This document shows positions 27,338 to 34,083 of a DNA stretch of 34,083 nucleotides, in pieces. The notes beneath the pieces were generated by a model. The model had not been told where the DNA came from, made no database searches, and worked only from the letters and a program-made list of their open reading frames with translations. Origin of the DNA: Candidatus Alistipes excrementipullorum (GTDB lineage: Bacteria > Bacteroidota > Bacteroidia > Bacteroidales > Rikenellaceae); assembly GCA_019113665.1 (NCBI GenBank), contig DXGW01000006.1:1-34083 (forward strand), written 5' to 3'. The stretch's first letter is position 1. Every line of letters begins with the position of its first letter. The translations under genes and the position numbers were made by a program.

Positions 27338-27748
27338 CTACAGGAAATCGGCGGCGAAGAGTTCCCAACCGCGCCCGACATCTGAAAGCCGGGCGCGGAT
27401 TCCGTTTTCGATATGCGACATTGCCGCCACGACGGCCACCATCGTACGCCGGTCGGAGGTATCGACCTGCACGTCGGGCGATATTCCGGCCGACGACGAG
27501 ACGAAACGCAGGTAGCTGCCCGTATCGTTCTCCGAGGGCGGGGCATAGCGGCCTATCATCTTGCGCAGGGTGTCGCAGCCGTTGCGCTTGCGGTAGGTGT
27601 AGAGCAGCACGAACATCGCGCGGTAACCCCACTCCACCGACTCGAACTCCTTGAAGGCCGCATCGCGGCTCGGGCGGATCTCGCCCTTGTAACGGGTACG
27701 CGAACGGCGTATGTTTCCCGGGTTGCGGTTGTCGAGTCCCCTACTCAT
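27338..27748 (-). CDS. 'Structural protein P5'-like lysozyme-fold protein, candidate lysin
   Basis: Start ATG 27748 overlaps the holin stop; RGLDNRNPGNIR, F.EF...WGYRAM, RYAPPSENDT..Y, MSHIENG are motifs of this phage family. Confidence 0.75.
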   Translation of the reverse strand: MSRGLDNRNPGNIRRSRTRYKGEIRPSRDAAFKEFESVEWGYRAMFVLLYTYRKRNGCDTLRKMIGRYAPPSENDTGSYLRFVSSSAGISPDVQVDTSDRRTMVAVVAAMSHIENGIRARLSDVGRGWELFAADFL

Positions 27749-28166
27749 CGCCGGCCTCCCTCTCGATACGGTGATGCACATAGCGCTTGAGCCACGACAA
27801 CAGCGGCGAATCGGAGATCTGCGAGGCGTTTTCGAGGAAAGACCAAAACTCCACGCCGCAGGTGAAGCCCGTGAATATTTTGGCGATGTTGAGCGACATG
27901 AAGTCAAGCACGCACGAGTCAATGAGCCACGCCATGGCTATCGCCGTTATGACGAATCCGGCCTTCAGGACCGTACGCCATGCTTCGCGGCTCTCGAAAT
28001 ACCATTTGCGGCCGTCACGCACGGCACGGGCGCGGCTCGCCGCCACACCCGACACGAAATCGACGGCGATGAACACCAGGGCGCATATCACCAGCGGCGT
28101 GACGGGGGCGAAGAGCGAGGCGACGGCTGCCGCCGCCCCGCTAACGAATCTGAACAATGTTTCCAT
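27741..28166 (-). CDS. Phage holin (holin_4-like)
   Basis: Three hydrophobic segments; DFVSGV; EFWSFLEN motif; charged C-terminus. Confidence 0.85.
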   Translation of the reverse strand: METLFRFVSGAAAAVASLFAPVTPLVICALVFIAVDFVSGVAASRARAVRDGRKWYFESREAWRTVLKAGFVITAIAMAWLIDSCVLDFMSLNIAKIFTGFTCGVEFWSFLENASQISDSPLLSWLKRYVHHRIEREAGDE

Positions 28167-28617
28167 CGGTAGAGCATCTTTTGAGAATGTTTTTTTCGGG
28201 GTCATACTCCGGGAATTCGGCGGCATGGTCGTCGAGGTGGCGGCTCATGCGGTGCAGGAGCGTACGCGCACGGTGGCGAAGCGAACGCGCCGCTATGCGT
28301 GTCCGTTCGACGGGCGCAGCCTCGAAGGTCGACGACGACGGCACCGTCAGTCCGCACTGTCCCGTCTGCACGCCGAGGTCGGGCATCATCAGCAGCCGCG
28401 TGTAGAGGGCCACAACCGGCGCCACATACTCCTCGCGGAAGTCGGCATGGCTGCCCTCGAGCAGCGCCGCGTGCATCTCCCCGCCGATGACCGGTATCAG
28501 CCACCGCTCCTCGGCCACGGCGATGGTGGTTTCGGGCACCGACGCCGGATCGACATAACCGCCGTCGGCAAATGCCAGCGCGACGACGGTCGCGGGATCT
28601 ATCACTGTTTTCATCAT
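28141..28617 (-). CDS. Putative head-tail adaptor/completion protein
   Basis: 158 aa, predicted helical, ATGA-coupled to the portal; I..AE...L.P.IG..M...L pattern resembles proteins downstream of portals in Bacteroidetes phages. Confidence 0.5.
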   Translation of the reverse strand: MMKTVIDPATVVALAFADGGYVDPASVPETTIAVAEERWLIPVIGGEMHAALLEGSHADFREEYVAPVVALYTRLLMMPDLGVQTGQCGLTVPSSSTFEAAPVERTRIAARSLRHRARTLLHRMSRHLDDHAAEFPEYDPEKNILKRCSTDGNIVQIR

Positions 28618-29831
28618 TCGATACTTGTTACGTTGTACTTTGTGATCTGCGAAAGGAAATACTGCTGGCGCTCGTCCTCGGGGTCGTAGTCGAGGCCGTC
28701 GGCCTTGCGGGCCTCCCACACCTTCATGTAGACGGGTTTCGAACGCGTGGGCGGGCGGTTGACTATCTCGAGCGACGAGGCGTCGATACCCGCAACCTCC
28801 TCGATGACCGAGACGATCGGTTCGAGCAGCTCGGCCTGCTCGGCGAGGATCACCGTGTTGAGCGCAATCTCGTACTCGTGGAGTATGCGTTCGGAGTTGA
28901 AACCCGACGTGTAGTCAAGGCCGCTGAGCGAGCGGAACCACGAATGGGCTATCACGATGTCGGAGGTCGCCTGGTCGTGCAGCGACTTCCAGTCGCCGTC
29001 GTTCTGCGAGGCTATGGGTATGAAACGCGAATTGTCGTCCTCGCTGCCCTCGCGCAGCACGAACATCACCTGTCCGGGATTGCCCGCGAACTTCTCCTCG
29101 GCCGTGCGTACGATGCGCTCGGCCTGGGCGTCGTCGTCGACGGCCCCGTCGAGCATCATCACGCCCGAGAGCTGGAACGAGTTGTCGAGACGCGAGATGT
29201 TCCAGCGGTCGGTCTTGTAGGCTATGGCCGAGACGTTGAAACCGGCAATGTAGGGCGGCACGCCGTAGTGTTCGAACATCGGCTCGTAATCCTTGTAGTG
29301 GATAATCGAGCGCAGGGTGCCGTCGCCGCGCTCCTCGAAAAGCGGATAGAGCGGCAGGCTCACGGCTTTCGAAGCCTCGAACGACGACCAGTCGTGGTGG
29401 AGCAATATGTGCATGTCGTCCTTGGCCACGCGGCAGCGCGAGGCGTCCTGATGGTACAGCGCGACGAACGAGTGCGCGGCATCGGTCACCACCTCGAGAA
29501 AGGCATTGCCGAAGAGCGACTTGTCGAACGCGAGCTTGTTGAGCACCTGACGCAGCGACTCGCCTCGGCCGTTGACGCACTCGACGAAACGCCCGAGCAT
29601 CACGGCCTCGGGATCGCACGTGAAGCCCTTGCCGGAGATGTAGTCGGCCTTGTCGTTGATTATGCGACGGTGGGTCGTCGAGCGCCGCGACATCAGCGCC
29701 AGCGCATAGGGGAAGAGGTTGTCATCGCCCCATCGCCAGAACTTGTCGTTTTCGGCACATGGAGTCCCGAGCATCATGCAGGAGTCGGACCTGTTGCCGA
29801 CGGCGGCTATTTTGGTTCTTTTGTTTTCCAT
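28614..29831 (-). CDS. Phage portal protein
   Basis: WGDDNLFP..L....S.TH..II..K...I.G.G, FGNAFLEV, YGVPPY, N.F.LSG, I..AH; 405 aa, typical of Bacteroidetes phage portals. Confidence 0.85.
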   Translation of the reverse strand: MENKRTKIAAVGNRSDSCMMLGTPCAENDKFWRWGDDNLFPYALALMSRRSTTHRRIINDKADYISGKGFTCDPEAVMLGRFVECVNGRGESLRQVLNKLAFDKSLFGNAFLEVVTDAAHSFVALYHQDASRCRVAKDDMHILLHHDWSSFEASKAVSLPLYPLFEERGDGTLRSIIHYKDYEPMFEHYGVPPYIAGFNVSAIAYKTDRWNISRLDNSFQLSGVMMLDGAVDDDAQAERIVRTAEEKFAGNPGQVMFVLREGSEDDNSRFIPIASQNDGDWKSLHDQATSDIVIAHSWFRSLSGLDYTSGFNSERILHEYEIALNTVILAEQAELLEPIVSVIEEVAGIDASSLEIVNRPPTRSKPVYMKVWEARKADGLDYDPEDERQQYFLSQITKYNVTSIE

Positions 29832-29947
29832 GTTGAAATCTCATTTTAGCAATCTTCGGAGCCGGCGGCGGCAGGCGGCAGCGGCGGATACGGAGAGACC
29901 CGCACCCGCCGCCGCACGAACTGCACCCCAAACGCCGTACTCACCAA

Positions 29948-30457
29948 CTATTCGGTTTCGAGCCGGGCGGCAAAGGCCGTGTCGAGGCTCTCCAGCCCGA
30001 GCGTGACGGTCGGGACATCTGCCGGGCGGCGGCCCGACGACACCTCGATGCCGGTTATCCGCAGCGGCTGCTCGCCGGCGAAGAGCGACGAGTATCCGGC
30101 CAGCAGACGGCGGCCGTCGTTGAGTTCGACCACAGCGACGAAACCGCCGCAACGGCTCTCTTCGAGAAATTCGGGTTCGAGCCATGCCTCGGCGCCGTTA
30201 CGGTCCGAAACCACGCGCAGCGTGTGCCTTACGGCAAACGACCCGTCGTCGGCCGTAAGCTTCTCCACGAACTCCGACTCGTCTTCGATCGGGCGGCACT
30301 CCATGACCTGCCCTTCGTCGGCGATCTCGCAGAGGGAGCACACCGCGCCGTTTGCGGTGAATGTCACCGTACCGAGGTTCGAGACGGCCGTAAGCCTCAC
30401 CGACCGCACCCCGCCCGCCGGTTTTCGGCGGACGGGACTCTGTGGATCGTTCTTCAT
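29948..30457 (-). CDS. Putative tail-tube (major tail) protein
   Basis: 169 aa, beta-rich, directly after the capsid gene; GGV.., G...V..TL, VAVVE..DG...L.G, SG....D....TL pattern. Confidence 0.5.
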   Translation of the reverse strand: MKNDPQSPVRRKPAGGVRSVRLTAVSNLGTVTFTANGAVCSLCEIADEGQVMECRPIEDESEFVEKLTADDGSFAVRHTLRVVSDRNGAEAWLEPEFLEESRCGGFVAVVELNDGRRLLAGYSSLFAGEQPLRITGIEVSSGRRPADVPTVTLGLESLDTAFAARLETE

Positions 30458-30466
30458 GGCCGTTTA

Positions 30467-31432
30467 TTAAGGCTCGAAAGCCATTGCGACGAGTTTCGGG
30501 TCAATGATGTCGGCACCGGCAAGGAAGACGGCACGCTGGCGGTTCTCCATCTCGTCGGGGTTGTACCACATGCGCACCTCCGTACCGGGGAAGTCGGCCG
30601 TATTTACGGCCAGCACCAGGTTGCGGCGGTCGGTCAGCATGCAGATGCGTGCCGGATACTCGGCGAACTCCCTGATACCCGACGATATGCACATGTCGAT
30701 GACCGGGATACCGTGATAGTAGAGGTCGTTGCGTCCGTCGACACGCTCGCGGTATGTGACGTCGAGGTCCTTGCTGTCGAGATACTTCTCGTACTCGTTG
30801 TAAAGGTTCGACGTGACGAAATATGCAAGCTGGCCGTCGGCCTTGAGCGCCTTGAGCTCCTCATTTGCTCCACTCCACAGGCTTTCGAGCACCAGGGCTA
30901 TGTCGTCCACGTTGCCGACAAGTGTCGCACCCGTATGGGCGGCGTCGTTTGCAGCCGCCATGGCCGACTTGAGGATACCGTCGAACGTGTTGAACGGGGT
31001 GTCCGAATCCGTATCGCCCAACCACATGGTCATACGGATACTCTCGGCTATCGCCTTCTTGAAGAGTTCGGTCTCGGCGGCCTCGAGCTCGGTGCCCGTG
31101 AGGTCCTCCATGTTGACGTCGGCGCGGTTGGTGATCAGCTCGAATACCATCGAGAAGTAGTCCGAAGCCGAAAAAGCGGTCTCGGCCTTGACCTTCTTCA
31201 TGTCGATGGTCTTCTGCTCCTTGACTGCCGATTCTCCGCCCTGCCAGCCTGTCTGGTACGGTTTCAGCACGTTCGAGGCCGGGCTCCACAGGTGAATAGT
31301 CGTAGGCATGGGCATGTTGTAGAGGACCCTGATGCCGAGGTCCTGCGCCGACTGGCCGGTGAAGGTCGGTCGGAAAAAGATGGTTTCGAGCTCACGGCCC
31401 GAGTAAACCTTGGAACTTTCGATCAATCCCAT
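30467..31432 (-). CDS. Putative major capsid protein (HK97-fold)
   Basis: 321 aa, directly downstream of the protease; WLGDT...FDGILK, Y.GIPVI, LTDRRNLVLAV resemble capsid P-/A-domain motifs. Confidence 0.72.
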   Translation of the reverse strand: MGLIESSKVYSGRELETIFFRPTFTGQSAQDLGIRVLYNMPMPTTIHLWSPASNVLKPYQTGWQGGESAVKEQKTIDMKKVKAETAFSASDYFSMVFELITNRADVNMEDLTGTELEAAETELFKKAIAESIRMTMWLGDTDSDTPFNTFDGILKSAMAAANDAAHTGATLVGNVDDIALVLESLWSGANEELKALKADGQLAYFVTSNLYNEYEKYLDSKDLDVTYRERVDGRNDLYYHGIPVIDMCISSGIREFAEYPARICMLTDRRNLVLAVNTADFPGTEVRMWYNPDEMENRQRAVFLAGADIIDPKLVAMAFEP

Positions 31433-31492
31433 AGTAGAATTTCAGATTAAAGAGTTAATGATAAAGTGTGAATTTGTCGGGTGCCGCCCGCG

Positions 31493-32380
31493 TCAGTAGC
31501 GCATGAAACGGCGGGCGTCGGCCGCATAGGCCTCCTCGTTGGCCGAGCGTCGCGGCTCGCCTATCGACGGATCCTCCTTGGGGGCCGTGGCGGTCGGGGC
31601 TGCGCGCCGCTGCCCCTCCTGCAGGGCTATGAGCGACGCCACCGCCGAACGGTCTCTTTGGGGTTCGCCGAAATGGAGGATATTGCGGTCCGCCTCGTTT
31701 TCGGGCACATCGCGGCGCGAGAGACCTACGGCCGCGAGCAGTTCGCCCCACCGGCGGGCAATGTCCGAGGCGAGGGAACGGCGCTGCGGCGTCTGGGCAT
31801 CGTCGACGATCTCGTCGACAAGCCCGGCGGCCAGAGCCTCCTCGGGCGAGAGCCAGCGGCCGTTGCCGCCGTTCTCGGCCATGAGCGAGGCGAACTCCTC
31901 AGCCCCGCGCCCCGAACGGGCGGCATAGACGCCGGCGATCCGTTCGTCGGTCTTGCGCAGCAGGTCGGCCCTGGCTTCGAGTTCCGAGGCGTTGCCCTCG
32001 GTCGAGCAGAGCGAGTTGTGGATAAGGTAGAGGGCGTTTGCCGAGATGCGGCGGCACCCTTCGGAGGCCGCCTGGGCGATGATCGTGGCCGCCGAGGCCG
32101 TATAGCCGTAACAGCATGTCACGATGTGGGCGTCGAGCGACGCGAGCGCGTCGTAGATGAGCAGTGCGTCGTTCACGTCGCCTCCGGTCGAACGGATATT
32201 GACCACCACCTCCGCAGCCTCGATGTCCGAGATGCGGGCCACGGTGTCCTTGAACTTCTCGTAGGTCGCCACCCGCGACGACGGGTCGTCGAACTGCCAC
32301 TCCTCGGGCACGCCTATGGTGCCGTCGATGTCGATGCGGCACACCTCTGCCGAGTTGCTGATGTTGATTTCGGATTTCAT
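31493..32380 (-). CDS. ClpP-type prohead maturation protease with short C-terminal extension
   Basis: Start ATG 32380; IDGTIG, IRSTGGDV, GYTASAAT (catalytic Ser), YLIHN (His), WLSPEEALAAGLVD. Confidence 0.88.
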   Translation of the reverse strand: MKSEINISNSAEVCRIDIDGTIGVPEEWQFDDPSSRVATYEKFKDTVARISDIEAAEVVVNIRSTGGDVNDALLIYDALASLDAHIVTCCYGYTASAATIIAQAASEGCRRISANALYLIHNSLCSTEGNASELEARADLLRKTDERIAGVYAARSGRGAEEFASLMAENGGNGRWLSPEEALAAGLVDEIVDDAQTPQRRSLASDIARRWGELLAAVGLSRRDVPENEADRNILHFGEPQRDRSAVASLIALQEGQRRAAPTATAPKEDPSIGEPRRSANEEAYAADARRFMRY

Positions 32381-32519
32381 AAAATGGATTTTTGGTTTTT
32401 GGATTGGTTTCCGGCGGTGCCGCGGCTGCGGGCCTGCCGGCATGATGCGCACGCGGCGGGAGTGCCGCACGGGCCGAGGGAGCGGGATTGCATTCGATAC
32501 ATTCGTCACGTTGCGTGCG

Positions 32520-32771
32520 TCATTTCGAGTAGATGAAGCCCCTGATCTTCTCGTACGAACAGCACAGCCTTTCGGCAATCTCCTCCATCGCCCGGCAGCG
32601 CGGCATGCCTTCGCGCGTAAGGCGTTCCATCTCCTCGCGTGCGACCTCGGCTTCGACGCCGCGCCGGTCGAGCAGCCCGCGGTTCCACAGGAACTCGACG
32701 GCCTCGGCCGACGACATGCCGTCGACAGCCCTGACCACATGCGTTACAAGTTCGTCACGGTATGCAGCCAT
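32520..32771 (-). CDS. Small hypothetical protein with C-terminal HTH-like motif
   Basis: 83 aa from ATG 32771 (TGATG coupling); AMEEIAERLCCSYEKIRGFIY looks like a helix-turn-helix. Confidence 0.6.
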   Translation of the reverse strand: MAAYRDELVTHVVRAVDGMSSAEAVEFLWNRGLLDRRGVEAEVAREEMERLTREGMPRCRAMEEIAERLCCSYEKIRGFIYSK

Positions 32772-34083
32772 CACTTGTCGCCGATTTGCAGGAACGTACA
32801 CATGGCCGTGGCCTCCGACGGGTCGTAATCCTCGACGGCTTCGAGAATGAAGAGCGCCAGACGGTCGCCGTACCTCAATCTGAATACCGAGCGTATCGAC
32901 GGCACCCCATCGATGAAAGCGAAGAGCCCTTCATAGTCGGCCGGCGAGAGCCGCATGCGCAGCTTCACCCTGTTGCCGCGGTTTCTGTCGGCGAGTTCAC
33001 GGTCGTAGAACGAGTGGAGGCCCGCCGCGCCGTCGCGGTCCTCGAAACAGAGGGTGAAGGCGGCGCTGTCGGCATCACCGGCGAAATGGAACGCCGCCAG
33101 CGGATATTCGTCTCGGTTGAACGGGTATCCCCATCGTTCGCCGTCATGGAGCGGGTGCAGCCCGGCGTACCGCACGATGCGCGGCGAGAAGTTTGCGGTC
33201 TCGTCGGCGGTGTCGGCACCGGCGTCGCCCACACGCATTATCAGTGCCGATTCGGCATTGGCATACTCTCCGGCGATGTTGACCGTAGGGGCGAAGAGCG
33301 GGTTCACCGACTTGTCGTCGCCCTGGATCGTCGCCCGCGAGGTCATGTCGAAGCTCCACGATGCGAACGGAGCGTCGAGATCCGCCTCGAACTCCGAAAC
33401 CGCCTCGTCGCCTTCGAGATAGCACCACGTACGGCTCTCGTGGTCGGAGCATGCCGTCTCCTCGATGCGCATGTCGGCCGACATGTCGATCCTGTCGCTC
33501 CAGTCGTAGACCTCCGAGCGTATGAAGAAGTCGTCGTACGGTTCGATCAGGACACGTTTCCTGCGCTCGTCGGTGTAGATCCTCAGGTTGAACATCTGCA
33601 CGAGCGCCTCGATCAGCACGGCCTGGCGCACGCTGTGCTGGGCGATGTCCGAAAACTCGATCTGCGAACCGTAACCCACGGCCGACGAGAAGAGCGGCCT
33701 TACGGCCGTCTCCCTGCAGAGGGTGAACGACATGCCCGGGTCGGCGCGGTCGAAATAGATCTCATTGAAGTATTTGGGCGATGCGGGCGTAAGCTCCTCG
33801 GGCGGCGTGCGCACGACGATCTCGATTTCGGTCTGCCCCTTCTCGCCGACAAAACCGTTGTAGAGGGCCCAGTCGCCGCTGTAGTATTCGTAGAGCGTCG
33901 ATCCGGCCTCGGCCCTGAACAGCAGCGGGTTCGTGACGGTGCCGGCCCGGGGCGTCGACACCTGCGACACGCGTCCGGCCACGTCGGCCATCAGCTCCTG
34001 CTGGCCGTCGGCCGTGACCATGAGGCGGTAGACATACTTGTCGGAGTAGTCGAATATGACCAGACTGTACGAGAAGTCGGGCG
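32771..34083 (-). CDS. Putative phage tail (tip/hub) protein, 5'-truncated by window
   Basis: Frame stays open from 34021 to the window edge; L.QMFNL.I..D.....V.IEPY.DF......DWS.RID resembles Bacteroidetes siphovirus tail proteins. Confidence 0.6.
   Translation of the reverse strand, partial: PDFSYSLVIFDYSDKYVYRLMVTADGQQELMADVAGRVSQVSTPRAGTVTNPLLFRAEAGSTLYEYYSGDWALYNGFVGEKGQTEIEIVVRTPPEELTPASPKYFNEIYFDRADPGMSFTLCRETAVRPLFSSAVGYGSQIEFSDIAQHSVRQAVLIEALVQMFNLRIYTDERRKRVLIEPYDDFFIRSEVYDWSDRIDMSADMRIEETACSDHESRTWCYLEGDEAVSEFEADLDAPFASWSFDMTSRATIQGDDKSVNPLFAPTVNIAGEYANAESALIMRVGDAGADTADETANFSPRIVRYAGLHPLHDGERWGYPFNRDEYPLAAFHFAGDADSAAFTLCFEDRDGAAGLHSFYDRELADRNRGNRVKLRMRLSPADYEGLFAFIDGVPSIRSVFRLRYGDRLALFILEAVEDYDPSEATAMCTFLQIGDK

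Larger units (their letters stand above)
27338..34083 (-). mobile_element. Phage-derived virion and lysis operon (GTA-like or prophage); continues beyond the window
   Basis: Nine co-directional genes, several translationally coupled: tail, HTH, protease, capsid, tube, portal, adaptor, holin, lysin. Confidence 0.8.

Noticed and set aside
31493-32380. Housekeeping clpP
   Set aside because: No tig or clpX neighbours; it has a C-terminal extension and sits directly before the capsid gene, indicating a prohead protease.
28572-32536. Plus-strand ORFs 28572..29849, 30224..31450 and 31481..32536
   Set aside because: Antisense shadows of portal, capsid and protease with no recognisable motifs.
27338-34083. 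Tailocin, T6SS, contractile injection system or encapsulin
   Set aside because: Portal, protease and capsid are present together, and no sheath, baseplate or cargo enzyme is visible.

Overview
High-GC Bacteroidota DNA, most likely Rikenellaceae/Alistipes-like. This is inferred from the TAnnTTTG promoters, A-rich SD-less translation starts and Bacteroidetes-type FtsL and portal proteins. There are three zones. (1) 1-5202: a tandem array of at least six small secreted carboxypeptidase-regulatory-like (Ig/transthyretin-like) paralogs of two types. They have constant scaffolds and variable loops and lie upstream of a 964-aa outer-membrane beta-barrel carrying the same domain. (2) 5472-27187: housekeeping genes: rplY, pth, comEC, a methyltransferase, yihY, DUF2520, kdsC-like, metY-metX-hom, a glsA/glsB-like acyltransferase pair, and a dcw cluster lacking mraZ and ending at ftsW, then hslR. 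(3) 27338-34083, minus strand: a compact, intact, host-like phage morphogenesis and lysis operon (tail protein, small HTH, ClpP-type prohead protease, major capsid, tail-tube-like, portal, head-tail adaptor, holin, P5-like lysin). No integrase, att site or cargo lies at its visible end, making it a candidate domesticated gene-transfer-agent-like system. All product calls come from reading motifs by eye; no searches were run.
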